Shown here: piece after piece, positions 8,741-19,134 of the stretch | Layout: every line of letters begins with the position of its first letter | Position numbering within the stretch: position 1 is the first letter of the stretch | Origin: an uncultured Treponema sp. | GTDB lineage: Bacteria; Spirochaetota; Spirochaetia; Treponematales; Treponemataceae | DNA: 64,000 bases | Assembly: GCA_937901865.1 (NCBI GenBank) | Contig: CALDID010000179.1 | Coordinates: 4,096-68,095, forward strand | Direction of reading: 5' to 3' | The notes under the pieces: model-generated | What the model was told of the DNA's origin: nothing | Databases searched by the model: none | The model's input: only the letters and a program-made list of their open reading frames with translations | Position numbers and translations under genes: made by a program

Positions 8741-10983
8741 TTTGTATAAAGCTGTTGAATAGGAACAATGTTGTATCCTTTTTCAAGTATTGCAGAGATT
8801 AAAAGCTCCAAGTGTTCATACAAATAATCGCTGCGGCTGCCGGAAGAAAGCCCCGTGCTCACAGAAAGAACAGCCATATCGTGAAGAGAAGCTACATACT
8901 CATTCACAATATCCGCTACACTATGATACTGCTTTTTCTCTCGGTAACATTCCTCAAAGCTCAAAGTGTCTTTTCCGTATAAATCCGCATCGATATAGGT
9001 GTAGCCCGCCTCTTCGCCAGAAGCCTTCATTTCAGGAGTTACCTTATAATACGGCGCGTGCCAAAAAAGAGAAAGCTCACTGCCCGTTCTGTCAAAAAAC
9101 TCATCTTCCGCTCTCGCAAGCCCCCGCTTTATAAAATCAGAATCAATGACAAATCCGTACTGCTCCGTCAAATCTGTCGCCGTATAGAACATAGAAGCAC
9201 ATTCATGCCCTGCAGCAATTATTTGCTTCATTTCAACAGGATAACGGCGCACAAATTCCCCATTCACAAAGAACGTAGCCTTTAGCGAATATGAATCGAG
9301 CGTTTCTAATATGTCAGGTATCCCCGAAGCATTATCAAGCGCATCAAAAATAATCGCAACTCTCTTTGCAGCACTCGGAGAATCAGATTTTTCATTGCCG
9401 AAAAGTATTCGGTTATCGGGAGAGCCCAAAAGAGAGCGCACATAGATTGCATTATCAAAGAAGCGATTAAATGATTCTCCGATGAATATGCGATACCGCC
9501 CATTCTGCACAGTATGCCGCTTTACCGCAGAAAGCGCAGACGAAGGAGAGATGAACCACGTGTTTTTTTGAGCATTATAGACATAATTTACATTGTTTTT
9601 TGACGCTATTATTGTTTTTCCCTTAGAATCCCAATAAGCATTGTCAACACTCGATAAAAACAAGAGCTTTTCGGATTTTTCCCCGATACTGTACATTTTT
9701 ACGGTATTTTCGCCGCCTGCAATGATAGTATTTTTATCTTTCCAGATAAAAGACAATATCCTCTCGCCTGTAAACGATGCTTTCACCGAAAAAGTGCGCA
9801 GATTGTAGACATAAAGCGTGTTCCCAGCGGTAAACGCCATATTGATTCCATCAGGAGAAAGAGCAGGTTTTAGAGAGCTTGCGTCATCGGTTAAAAGCGT
9901 CATCTTTTTGTCGAGGCGATACAGGCGCGAAACGAGCTTTCCTGTCGCAGAAGAGATTACGCTTATCCAAAATATAGGCTTTTCCTCGCCCGTGCCGTCA
10001 AATGCTAACGGAGTCCATAGCACAGCAGCGTCGTAAACAGAGCCTGTCGGGTCGTTAAAAGGAATGGTGAATAAAGGAGTTACAGACGTGAAGTCAGAGC
10101 GTGATACACGGGAATAGGTAAACAGCTTTTTCTTTTGGCATATCACAATGCTTTCGCCGTGCGGACTTGCCCAAAAGCAATCTTCTGCACTATTGAACTG
10201 ATAGGCAAGCCGCCCCGAAGCTGTGCCTGTTCCGATAAGAGAGGCATAAAGTCCGCGTGTATATAATCCTGCTTCGCTTATTCGATACACTAAGTCGCCA
10301 TTTATATACAAAAATTGCTTTAATGCCGTCCACGAAACACTGTTAATCGTGCCTGCGCCGATTTTGCGGATAGCTTCGGGCAGCAACAGCTTTGAAAATG
10401 CGTCTTCTGGACGGAGAAAATACACACACTCATTATGCTCATACAAAATAATTGCGCTGTCGGGAGCCCATTTTACAGGCACTTTTTCATACGAAAATTG
10501 CAAATTGGTTGCTATAACGGCTTCTGTGCAATCGACGGTGTTTCGCAACATTAAGTTTCCGCTCGCTTTCCCTGTTTTCACTAGATAGCAAAGCCATTTT
10601 CCGTCTGGGCTTGCAACAGCGTTTTGTGTTCGTGAAAAACCGCTCGGCATTTCTTTTGCGCACTTTAGCCACTCTAAAGAGTTATCAGCAAAGCTATAGC
10701 GCGCAATGCCGTATCGATTTCGTATATCAAACGCCTCTCCTGCTGCCGAAATTTCCATTTTTTCAGGAAAGCAAGAAAGGAGCTTATAGCTATCTTCTTT
10801 CGCCTCTGCAACAGTAGTGCAAAGCGTTTTGTAAACGGGAACTCCTGGCACATTTTGTTCTGTAATAAAGAGGATTTCATTGTCAGAGTTAATATCAATA
10901 TCTGAAAAAGCCACACCCGCAAGTGTAGCCACAGAAAAGAAACAGAAGAAATAGATAAAAAGCAAACAGCCTTTAGCCGTCAT
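8737..10983 (-). CDS. Secreted beta-propeller protein with a C-terminal degenerate polysaccharide deacetylase (NodB-like) domain
   Basis: Signal peptide; SPDG repeats; C-terminal IIFD...LKATFFVNGEF...GHEC...HAPY. Confidence 0.7.
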   Translation of the reverse strand: MTAKGCLLFIYFFCFFSVATLAGVAFSDIDINSDNEILFITEQNVPGVPVYKTLCTTVAEAKEDSYKLLSCFPEKMEISAAGEAFDIRNRYGIARYSFADNSLEWLKCAKEMPSGFSRTQNAVASPDGKWLCYLVKTGKASGNLMLRNTVDCTEAVIATNLQFSYEKVPVKWAPDSAIILYEHNECVYFLRPEDAFSKLLLPEAIRKIGAGTINSVSWTALKQFLYINGDLVYRISEAGLYTRGLYASLIGTGTASGRLAYQFNSAEDCFWASPHGESIVICQKKKLFTYSRVSRSDFTSVTPLFTIPFNDPTGSVYDAAVLWTPLAFDGTGEEKPIFWISVISSATGKLVSRLYRLDKKMTLLTDDASSLKPALSPDGINMAFTAGNTLYVYNLRTFSVKASFTGERILSFIWKDKNTIIAGGENTVKMYSIGEKSEKLLFLSSVDNAYWDSKGKTIIASKNNVNYVYNAQKNTWFISPSSALSAVKRHTVQNGRYRIFIGESFNRFFDNAIYVRSLLGSPDNRILFGNEKSDSPSAAKRVAIIFDALDNASGIPDILETLDSYSLKATFFVNGEFVRRYPVEMKQIIAAGHECASMFYTATDLTEQYGFVIDSDFIKRGLARAEDEFFDRTGSELSLFWHAPYYKVTPEMKASGEEAGYTYIDADLYGKDTLSFEECYREKKQYHSVADIVNEYVASLHDMAVLSVSTGLSSGSRSDYLYEHLELLISAILEKGYNIVPIQQLYTK

Positions 10984-10986
10984 TGA

Positions 10987-11229
10987 TTATTTTCCTTCAC
11001 TTAATAATACAAGCTGTTCCAATTCGCTTTGAAGAGAATCGAGCCGCTCCTTTAATACTTGGACTTTTTTCTCATTTCCTCTTTCTGCTACTAACTCAAG
11101 GCGAGAAAAAGTGTCGTCCAGCATTTCATCTTCGTCATAATTAATCCGCTCTAAACCGCACCATGGGCAATATAAAAAATTTGCTTCTAATGTTCTGCCA
11201 CAACCATTGCAAACAACAACTGAATCCAT
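10987..11229 (-). CDS. Zinc-ribbon protein
   Basis: CNGC...CPWCG followed by a coiled coil; GGAG SD. Confidence 0.7.
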   Translation of the reverse strand: MDSVVVCNGCGRTLEANFLYCPWCGLERINYDEDEMLDDTFSRLELVAERGNEKKVQVLKERLDSLQSELEQLVLLSEGK

Positions 11230-11255
11230 AGAAAGCTCTCCTTAAAATAGCGGCT

Positions 11256-12461
11256 CTATTTTTTGTTCAACACAGTCAAGGGGTCTATCAGTTTTCCGTT
11301 CTTATAGACACTAAAGTGCAAATGTGGACCTGTTGAATATCCTGTAGAGCCTACCAATCCGATTTGAGTGCCTTGGCTTACGCTTTGATTTATGCTCACC
11401 AGTATTTTATACATATGCGCATATAGCGTTTGATAGCCGTTGCCGTGGTCTATTATAACATAGTTTCCGTAAATAGTAGAGTATCCTGCGTAAACAATTT
11501 TTCCTGCCATAGAGGAGCGAATAGGAGTGCCTTGAGGGACTGCCATATCAATGCCAGTATGAGAGGTAACACGCCCCGATTTTATATCCGCAGGAGCAAC
11601 ACGAGGACCGAATTTTGAAGTGAGAACATAGCTTCTTGCAAGCGGCGTAATAAACAAATCTCCTAATGCACTGTGCAATGTCGTGTTATCAAGTTTTGCG
11701 CCAGGAATAAAAAGAGCTTTTCCCACTTCCAGTTCTTGACTTGATAAATCGTTGACATCGAGTAAATCTTCTACAGTAACGCCATATTTCACAGACAAGC
11801 TCGCAAGGCTCTCGCCCTCTTTTATCGTATGCAAAAGCCCGTCCATTGAAGGAATGGTGAGCTTTTGACTAGATTTCAAAGAACGAACATTAGATATATC
11901 ATTGATAGCGATAAGAGTTGATACGTTAGACAATCCTGCATTTTTTGTGATTCCGCTAATCGTATCGCCGCTTTTTACTCTATATGTCGTAAAAGTTACA
12001 GGTTCTCTAAAAGACGGCTCTGTCAAAATGACGTTGCCAGAAGAATCCAAAACATTGCCGTCGGAGTCGATTAAGCCTTGAAAATCAAAAGCAAAATGCT
12101 CCATCGTGCTATCTAAAAATCTAATTTCATCGCTTTTTGTGCTTGAGGTAAGTTCTACTACATTAAAGGAATTGTCTTTTATATCGATATTAAAAAATAT
12201 ATATACAGGTGCGAACACTGCAAGAGCTATTGCTAAAAGATAGGTGAAAAATCTATTTACTAATGAATAATCTATTGAAGAGCTTTGCGCACTGCTCTGT
12301 CTTTTCTTTTTATTTTCTGCTTCATAGGGGAGAGGCTGAAAGCTATAAATAGAGCCTACTCTGCCGTAAGAGGCTTGTGAAGACATACGGTTTATTCTAT
12401 TTCTTGCACTCTCTTCGTTTTGAACAGGGGCTGCATTTCCGTAATAAGATATAATTTGCAT
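11256..12461 (-). CDS. LysM + M23 peptidase (murein hydrolase or activator)
   Basis: TM segment, two LysM domains (YRVKSGDTIS, HTIKEGESL), HTGID and STGPHLHF. Confidence 0.92.
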   Translation of the reverse strand: MQIISYYGNAAPVQNEESARNRINRMSSQASYGRVGSIYSFQPLPYEAENKKKRQSSAQSSSIDYSLVNRFFTYLLAIALAVFAPVYIFFNIDIKDNSFNVVELTSSTKSDEIRFLDSTMEHFAFDFQGLIDSDGNVLDSSGNVILTEPSFREPVTFTTYRVKSGDTISGITKNAGLSNVSTLIAINDISNVRSLKSSQKLTIPSMDGLLHTIKEGESLASLSVKYGVTVEDLLDVNDLSSQELEVGKALFIPGAKLDNTTLHSALGDLFITPLARSYVLTSKFGPRVAPADIKSGRVTSHTGIDMAVPQGTPIRSSMAGKIVYAGYSTIYGNYVIIDHGNGYQTLYAHMYKILVSINQSVSQGTQIGLVGSTGYSTGPHLHFSVYKNGKLIDPLTVLNKK

Positions 12462-12502
12462 AATAAATTTTATCGACAGAAAACGCCTAACCGATTAGAA
12501 TA

Positions 12503-13006
12503 TTGACGAGTATGAATAAATATAACTTTCGGTGTATAATTGCAGGAATAGCAGTAGGTATACTTTTGAAATTCTTTGTAGTGGATATTATACATGTGTC
12601 TGGCTCTTCTATGTACCCGACAATAAAAAATGGACAAACCCTCGTAGTGAATAAGTTAGCGTATGGACTTGATATGCCTTTTGCCTCTTTTCTCATAACG
12701 CAATGGAAAAGCCCAGAAGTCGGCGACATCGTTGTTTTTATGAAAGATAATAATATGGTCATAAAAAGAGTCAGTGCAGTTGGCGGTACAAAGCTAGAAT
12801 ATTCAACTATTTCGGGCTATAATCTTATTATAAACGGGAAACATATTGCATTAAGCGCAGAACAATATTACAGAATGAAAAACAGCACTGTCGTTCCAGA
12901 AAACACCGTCTTCGTAACAGGCGACAATCAAGATGTTTCTATCGATTCGCGCTCTTATGGATTTGTTCCGACAAGCAATATACTAGGAAAGGTTTTTTTC
13001 AAATGA
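12503..13006 (+). CDS. lepB: Signal peptidase I
   Basis: SGSSMYPT, VIKRV and GDN...SIDSRSYGFVP; the start may be ATG 12512. Confidence 0.9.
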   Translation: MTSMNKYNFRCIIAGIAVGILLKFFVVDIIHVSGSSMYPTIKNGQTLVVNKLAYGLDMPFASFLITQWKSPEVGDIVVFMKDNNMVIKRVSAVGGTKLEYSTISGYNLIINGKHIALSAEQYYRMKNSTVVPENTVFVTGDNQDVSIDSRSYGFVPTSNILGKVFFK

Positions 13007-14871
13007 ATAAATATTTTGGTACAATTCGGATTTGGCTTTTTAACGCTCTTTTAATTCTTCTTTTTGCATTCACCTATCTAAAATACATAAAACTAGCCCT
13101 CACTCCTAACGTCGATGTGCAAAGCATTCCGTCCACAAAAGACAGAGGCTCTATTGTTGACCGTTCGGGAAAACGGCTTGCTGTTCAAACAGATTTTTAT
13201 CATTTCATCGTTACCCCTCGCGATGTTACCGATGTTGAATACTTTGCTCAAGCGGTCGCTCCTGCGTTGGATATGAATCCGTATGAGATTGTTCAGATGA
13301 TAAATGCGAACTCAAACAGGAGCTTTCTCTATGTAAAGAAAAGGCTTGATGTAACAGAGCAAACAGAGCTAAAAAAGATTATCGACGCAAATAATTTTAA
13401 CTATGCAGGCTTTGAGAGAATACCTGGAAGAGTGTATCCTGAAAATGCCCTTGCTTCTCAGCTCATCGGCTATATGGGAAACGACGGCGTAGGACTGTCT
13501 GGAATTGAATACATTATGCAAGACACGCTCTCTCCTCAAATCTCCTCAGATGCTTCTGCCGACCGACACGGGCAAAACGTATATTTGACAATCGACGCTA
13601 ACTTGCAATACAAACTAGAGCAGATTGCACAAGACACAATGAAGCAAACGCAAGCAGAAAGTATGATGCTTATCGCCGCAAGCGCAAAAAGCGGAGAAAT
13701 CCTTTCTTACATCAGCCTGCCGTCAATCGACCTTAACGAATACACACGGGCAACCCCTGCGCAAACAATGGATAGACCTGCGGTATATGCCTATGAGCCA
13801 GGTTCTGTATTCAAGATATTCTCTGCGGCAATTCTCTTAGACACAAACTCTGTAAATGAAGTGGACAGCTTTCTTTGTGATGGCGTGTATGAAAAAGTAT
13901 TCGACCACGACAGAATCCGCATCACTTGTCTTGAACATCACGGCTGGCTTAACGTGAGAGGCGCACTGCAATATTCTTGCAATGAATACTTTGCACAAGC
14001 AACAGAGCGGATTTCTACCCCTGTCTTCTTGGAAAAGATACACACTTTAGGCTTTGGCGAAAAAACAGGCATAGAGCTTCCTGGAGAAACAAGAGGGTCT
14101 GTAAAAAATGAAGAAGACCGCTTGTGGTCAGCACGTTCAAAGCCTACGATGTCTATCGGTCAAGAGCTGAGCGTTTCGGCGTTGCAGATGGTGCAAGCAG
14201 CTACGGCTATTGCAAACAAAGGCACTCCGATTCAGCTCACCGTCATTTCTCGCATAACCACGCACGACGGCAAAGATTTATTTATTCACAAACCTGTCTT
14301 AAAGCCACAAGTCTTTTCAGAACGCACCGCCGCAACCATATTAAGCGATATGGAAACCGTAGCGCAGTCTGGAACAGGCAGCAGAGCAAATATCCGCGAT
14401 ATTTCTATCGGTGTAAAAACAGGAACAGCGCAAATGGCAGACCACGAAAGAGGCGGCTACAGTCAAACAGACTTTCTTTCTAACTGTCTTGCAATATTCC
14501 CGACAAAAGACCCAGAAATCATTTTATACATCGTCATCGAAAAAGCAAAGGGCGAAACGTATGCAGGGCGTATCGTCGCGCCTGTCATCAACGAAGCGGC
14601 AAATGTCATCATTGACCACTTAGGTATACAGCGCGGCGGGGCGTTAGGAGTGGAACATTCTGGAGTTATTTCAATACAGAGCAGCACTCCTGTAGAAATC
14701 GGCGATACACTTCCGAACCTCATCGGTGTTCCGAAAAAAGACCTTGTAAAGCTCTTGCAGCGAAAAGATTTGAATGTGCAGATAAAAGGCGAGGGATATG
14801 TCAAAGTGCAAATTCCGTCTGCTGGCACTCCAATCACAGAAAATATGACTATAGAGCTGTATCTTGAATGA
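13003..14871 (+). CDS. Class B penicillin-binding protein (FtsI-like) with a PASTA-like C-terminus
   Basis: RGSIVDR, EPGSVFK (SxxK), SCN and KTGTAQ. Confidence 0.92.
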   Translation: MNKYFGTIRIWLFNALLILLFAFTYLKYIKLALTPNVDVQSIPSTKDRGSIVDRSGKRLAVQTDFYHFIVTPRDVTDVEYFAQAVAPALDMNPYEIVQMINANSNRSFLYVKKRLDVTEQTELKKIIDANNFNYAGFERIPGRVYPENALASQLIGYMGNDGVGLSGIEYIMQDTLSPQISSDASADRHGQNVYLTIDANLQYKLEQIAQDTMKQTQAESMMLIAASAKSGEILSYISLPSIDLNEYTRATPAQTMDRPAVYAYEPGSVFKIFSAAILLDTNSVNEVDSFLCDGVYEKVFDHDRIRITCLEHHGWLNVRGALQYSCNEYFAQATERISTPVFLEKIHTLGFGEKTGIELPGETRGSVKNEEDRLWSARSKPTMSIGQELSVSALQMVQAATAIANKGTPIQLTVISRITTHDGKDLFIHKPVLKPQVFSERTAATILSDMETVAQSGTGSRANIRDISIGVKTGTAQMADHERGGYSQTDFLSNCLAIFPTKDPEIILYIVIEKAKGETYAGRIVAPVINEAANVIIDHLGIQRGGALGVEHSGVISIQSSTPVEIGDTLPNLIGVPKKDLVKLLQRKDLNVQIKGEGYVKVQIPSAGTPITENMTIELYLE

Positions 14872-14919
14872 TGTTTTCATCTCTTGCTTTGCCAAATCTT
14901 TTATCGTAAGGAATAAGAA

Positions 14920-16653
14920 ATGTTTTCAAAGAACCTAACTCTGTTTCAAAACAGGTTTCCCGAATTGTACACGCTGTTACAAAGCTCTATACAGCAGTTT
15001 TCGTCTGACAAAGCAAACGGTGTGAATTGGGAAATCGTAAAGGCGAAAAACGGCTCAATCACCGCAAAAGAAAACGGTATATTCTTGCATTCTTCGTATA
15101 ATCCGCAAAGAGAAGCAGAGCAAATGGTTAGCAAAACAGAAGAGGGAAAAGACGGAGCGGGAGTGTTTTTGTCGTTCGGCTTGGGCTATGGCTTAGACGC
15201 ATTTTGCAAAAAGTATCCTGAGCGTCCGCTTATCCTTATCGAGCGAGATATAGCATATCTATTGACGGCGTTTGAGTACTTTGATTGGAGCTGTATCTTT
15301 TCACACAAAAACGTTATCATCGCAACGGGTGCAACAGAGAGCGAGATTGTAGCCCTTCTTGAGCATTTTGGAATAGAGCAATGCCAAATCTTTTCAAATG
15401 CTGCGCAAAGCTCCCACGCAAAGCCCTTTTATGATGCGATTACAGCATTGATAAAGCGCAATATACAAAAAGCAAAGATAAACAAAAAGACAATGGAAAA
15501 ATTCGGCTCTTTGTGGCTGAGAAACGCGACAAGAAATCTAAAAACATTTGCACGCTGCGACGGCATTGCTCAATATAAAAATGCCGCAATTATGGAAAAC
15601 GGCGAAACATTACCTTCTGTTGTATTAGCCGCAGGCCCTTCCCTTGCAGACATTTTACCGCACTTAAAAGAGCTAAAAAAAAGAGCAATCATCATCTGTG
15701 TTGACACCGCCCTCCGCGTTTGCCTAAAAGCAGGGGTAGAGCCTGATTTCATCGTCCTTGTAGACCCGCAATATTGGGCATACAAGCACATTGCAGGCTT
15801 AGCATCTCCATCATCAATCCTTATCACCGAAAGTGCAGTATTTCCCCCTGCTCTTCGCTTCCATTGCAAAAAAATAATTATGTCCTCATCTCTCTTTCCT
15901 CTCGGAAGCTATTTTGAGGGCAAGTTTAGAAAAAAAGGAGAGATTGGCGCAGGCGGCTCTGTTGCAACATCTGCATGGGATTTTGCAAGACAAATCGGCT
16001 CTACACACATATTTCTTGCAGGTTTAGACTTAGGCTTTTCGTCAAAGAATACGCACGTCAAAGGCTCTAGCGCAGAAGAAAGAGCGCATATCGCTTCTAC
16101 TCGCCTCAACAGCGCAGAAAAGATGAGCGTTTCTTCTCTTTATTCTGCAAATCCTTTTAAAGAAAAGGATTATCTAGGGCGCGACATTTTGACCGACGAT
16201 AAAATGAAGATGTTTGCGTGGTGGTTTGAAAGCAATGTGATAAAAGCTCTTGAAAAAGGACAGCGAACCTATACATTCTGTGCGCAAAATATGTCGATAC
16301 CAAACATCAGTGTTGCTTGCATAAACGATTTCTTATTAGGCAAAGAGATAGAAAGTGAAAAAGAAGTTTTTTTCCGCACTGCAGACGAAAGCAAAAGCTG
16401 CGCCTTTGATACAGAGAAGTTCGCGGCTGAGCTAAAAGATTTTTCGAGAAAAGTCAAAACGCTCCTATCGCGTCCGAATGCAGTGAAAGAAGACAAGAGA
16501 TTATATGAAGTCGCAAAAGCACTGTTTCCCTCAAAAGAATACTTTGAACATTTTTTCACCCCTGCTTCTCACACAGCAATGCCAGAAGAGTTCATCACAG
16601 AACTTAACAAAAATGCAACCCTTTTTCTCAATTCGCTCTTTAGCGTACAGTAA
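14920..16653 (+). CDS. Motility-associated factor (Maf/DUF115) flagellin glycosyltransferase-like protein
   Basis: LHSSYNP.REA, FGLGY, LAAGPSL, PDFIVLVDPQ, GGSVAT and LAGLDLGF. Confidence 0.8.
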   Translation: MFSKNLTLFQNRFPELYTLLQSSIQQFSSDKANGVNWEIVKAKNGSITAKENGIFLHSSYNPQREAEQMVSKTEEGKDGAGVFLSFGLGYGLDAFCKKYPERPLILIERDIAYLLTAFEYFDWSCIFSHKNVIIATGATESEIVALLEHFGIEQCQIFSNAAQSSHAKPFYDAITALIKRNIQKAKINKKTMEKFGSLWLRNATRNLKTFARCDGIAQYKNAAIMENGETLPSVVLAAGPSLADILPHLKELKKRAIIICVDTALRVCLKAGVEPDFIVLVDPQYWAYKHIAGLASPSSILITESAVFPPALRFHCKKIIMSSSLFPLGSYFEGKFRKKGEIGAGGSVATSAWDFARQIGSTHIFLAGLDLGFSSKNTHVKGSSAEERAHIASTRLNSAEKMSVSSLYSANPFKEKDYLGRDILTDDKMKMFAWWFESNVIKALEKGQRTYTFCAQNMSIPNISVACINDFLLGKEIESEKEVFFRTADESKSCAFDTEKFAAELKDFSRKVKTLLSRPNAVKEDKRLYEVAKALFPSKEYFEHFFTPASHTAMPEEFITELNKNATLFLNSLFSVQ

Positions 16654-16832
16654 AGAGCGAATAAAAGCTACGCTGAAGACACTCACATCCGTACACTAAA
16701 GACTAACCAATCCGTACGCTCAAGAGTATCACATCGCTACGCTAAAGAGCGGCTATACTGTACAGCAAAGAGTGAATTGAGCGTACGCTAAAGAGTGAAT
16801 ATACTGTACAGTAAAGAGTGAATATACTGTAC
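16645..16832. repeat. Degenerate tandem array, 8 x 23 bp (GTACAGTAAAGAGTGAATATACT-like)
   Basis: The GTAC/CTAC...AAGAG phase holds over 184 bp; the first unit overlaps the maf stop codon. Confidence 0.8.
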
Positions 16833-16868
16833 TTATAAACTATTTTCTAAAAAAAATCTAAAAAGATA

Positions 16869-16895
16869 TAAAGTCGATTCCGCTATCCCCGATAA
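16869..16895 (+). promoter_or_regulatory. Sigma-28-type promoter upstream of the HD-GYP gene
   Basis: TAAA-N15-CCCGATAA. Confidence 0.65.
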
Positions 16896-17074
16896 TAAAA
16901 ATACAAGATTAAAGAGTTTTTGAGTTGTAAAAATCATCCAGACATCTCAGAAAATTGCCCTAATATTCTCTTTCATCTCAAAAAGTTGGAAAACGTGTGA
17001 GGTTTTTCAACTTTTTTTTTTCGCACTATCACAAAACAGAGCTTTATAGCCGATATTCAAATGAGGAAAGTCGT

Positions 17075-18277
17075 ATGAATACATATAAAGTTCCAGAAAT
17101 CAAGGTTGATTCACGCCCCACAGATATTGTTTTTCTTGATAAATCGTTCATTTTGCTCGACCCCGTTGTGCCTTTTACACAAGGACTGCGCAAATTACTC
17201 GACAAATGGAACTTTTCGACCGTGTTTTCTAACGGAACTTTCCGCACGCCTACCATAGAAGACGAAGATGAGGAGGAAGAGGAAGACGAAAAGCCGATTT
17301 CTATTCTCGCCAATTTGATTGAAAACGCAAATAAAGCCGTTGAAGACTCTGGCGACAACGAAGACGAAAGGCTTAATATCGCCAAAGGGGTATACGACAC
17401 ATATCTAAAATACATTGAAGCTGTCTATACTCGTTACGCTACGCATAATACGTTCGATAACGACGACATTTCTTCGGCAATGCAAGACCTTGTCGCTTAT
17501 ATCAAGGCGAATAAAAAGTATATGCTCCGCATTACCGCTCCTGCAAACTCTAGCCCGAAAGATTATATCGTTATTCACTCAATGCGTTCTACGATTATTG
17601 CAATCACGATTGGCTTTGAGCTGCGAATGACACAGGGCAGATTAACAGAACTTGCTGTTGCTTGCTTGCTGCACGAAATTGGTATGCTTCGCTTGCCGCC
17701 ACAGCTTTACAACACAAAAAAACCGCTTACGCTCTATGAGCGAACAAAGATAAAAACACACCCTCTTATCGGCTATCAGATATTGCAAAAAGCAGATTTC
17801 TCCAATGCGGTTTTAGGCGGTGTTCTTCAGCATCACGAAACAGAAACAGGCACAGGATACCCGCAGCAGCTCAAGGGAGAAAACATTTCTCTGTATGCAA
17901 AGATAATATCTGTTGCTTGTTCTTTCGAGGCAATCACGGCAGAAAGAGAATATAGAGAAGCAAAGACAAGCTATGAAGCAATGATTGAGATGATGCGAAA
18001 CGAGAATAAAGCGTTTAATCCCGATATAATCATGGCGTTAATTCACTCTATGAGTCTTTTCCCTATCGGAGCGTATGTATATCTCATCAATGGCAAAATT
18101 GCGCAAGTAGTAGACGTAACGCCTGGCGCACCGCGCACTCCTGTTGTTCAGCTCGTGAAAGAAAGAAGCGAAGACGGTAAGCCTATAAAGATTCAAACAA
18201 ACGAAAAAGATTTAAAGATAATGCGCGTGCTAAACAGCAAAGAAGTAACTGATATTTTAGGTGTTATGAAGTCATAA
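17075..18277 (+). CDS. HD-GYP domain protein (degenerate motifs)
   Basis: HSMR, LLHEIG, HP..G and QHHE...GTGYP; start moved to ATG 17075, after a GAGGA SD. Confidence 0.85.
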   Translation: MNTYKVPEIKVDSRPTDIVFLDKSFILLDPVVPFTQGLRKLLDKWNFSTVFSNGTFRTPTIEDEDEEEEEDEKPISILANLIENANKAVEDSGDNEDERLNIAKGVYDTYLKYIEAVYTRYATHNTFDNDDISSAMQDLVAYIKANKKYMLRITAPANSSPKDYIVIHSMRSTIIAITIGFELRMTQGRLTELAVACLLHEIGMLRLPPQLYNTKKPLTLYERTKIKTHPLIGYQILQKADFSNAVLGGVLQHHETETGTGYPQQLKGENISLYAKIISVACSFEAITAEREYREAKTSYEAMIEMMRNENKAFNPDIIMALIHSMSLFPIGAYVYLINGKIAQVVDVTPGAPRTPVVQLVKERSEDGKPIKIQTNEKDLKIMRVLNSKEVTDILGVMKS

Positions 18278-18297
18278 GTAAACTTCCGCAATATCGC

Positions 18298-18338
18298 TTA
18301 CAAAACAAGCTGTGTCTTTACAAAACAGGCTATGCCTG
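18298..18338 (-). repeat. Two tandem 20-bp CAGGCATAGCCTGTTTTGT-family units
   Basis: Immediately after the aldo/keto reductase stop; the same motif occurs at 28446 and 36211. Confidence 0.7.
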
Positions 18339-19100
18339 TTAGCTAAACAACATTCTGAGCTTTTCGGCTTCTTTCTTGAAGTCTTCATCAATAACAGGCG
18401 GGTGTTCAGTGAAGTACAAGATTTGCTGCAGCTCTTCGCTGTTCCTTACTCCCCACACAGGAACAACATTGTCAAATTGATTCAAAAAACCGAACGCAAT
18501 CGGGATATTTGAGATAATGCCTCCGTTCAATGGCTGCATTGCGATTACCCCGATTTCTTTTTCTTCACACGTTTTTACAATACGGCGCGCCTCATCACTC
18601 GAAAGCACATTAAAAGAAAGCTGCACCGTTTCAAACAGCCCGCTATTCACCGCAATATCAGCTATCTCGAGCGACTCGGTAACAATGCCGATATGCCGAG
18701 TTAAGCCGCTTTCTTTTGCACTCAAGAGCGATTTATAAAGCGCACTATCGGCAGAGCAAACAGCGTCTTTTTCGGGATTTTCCAGCTGAAACACATCGAC
18801 ATAATCCGTCTTCAATGCTTCAAGGCTTTCCCTCAAATCTTCTATTAAAGCCTGTGCGCCTTTGGACGTGGACTTGGTTGACAAAAACACATCGTGCCTC
18901 ATACCCTTGAGAGCGTTTCCGAGACGCAGCTCGCTCACCTTTGTGTCGTGGGCTGTATCAAAGAAGTTCACGCCTCCTTCATACGCCTTATGCACGAGCT
19001 GACTTGCTTCCTCATCGCTCGCCACCTCGCCCAAACTCATCGCCCCGAACGCAGTATGACTTACGAGTAAATCTGTTTTACCAAGTGCCACAAAATCCAT
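18339..19100 (-). CDS. Aldo/keto reductase family protein
   Basis: LGKTDLLVS..AFGAM, GVNFFDTA, LSTK, SLEALKTDYVD and IAMQPLNGG. Confidence 0.88.
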   Translation of the reverse strand: MDFVALGKTDLLVSHTAFGAMSLGEVASDEEASQLVHKAYEGGVNFFDTAHDTKVSELRLGNALKGMRHDVFLSTKSTSKGAQALIEDLRESLEALKTDYVDVFQLENPEKDAVCSADSALYKSLLSAKESGLTRHIGIVTESLEIADIAVNSGLFETVQLSFNVLSSDEARRIVKTCEEKEIGVIAMQPLNGGIISNIPIAFGFLNQFDNVVPVWGVRNSEELQQILYFTEHPPVIDEDFKKEAEKLRMLFS

Positions 19101-19134
19101 TTTCTTACTCCAGAAACCTTATATAATTGCAATC

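Noticed and set aside
12470..12498. Sigma-28 promoter for the LysM-M23 gene
   Set aside because: A GTCGATAA -10-like box is present, but there is no correctly spaced TAAA.
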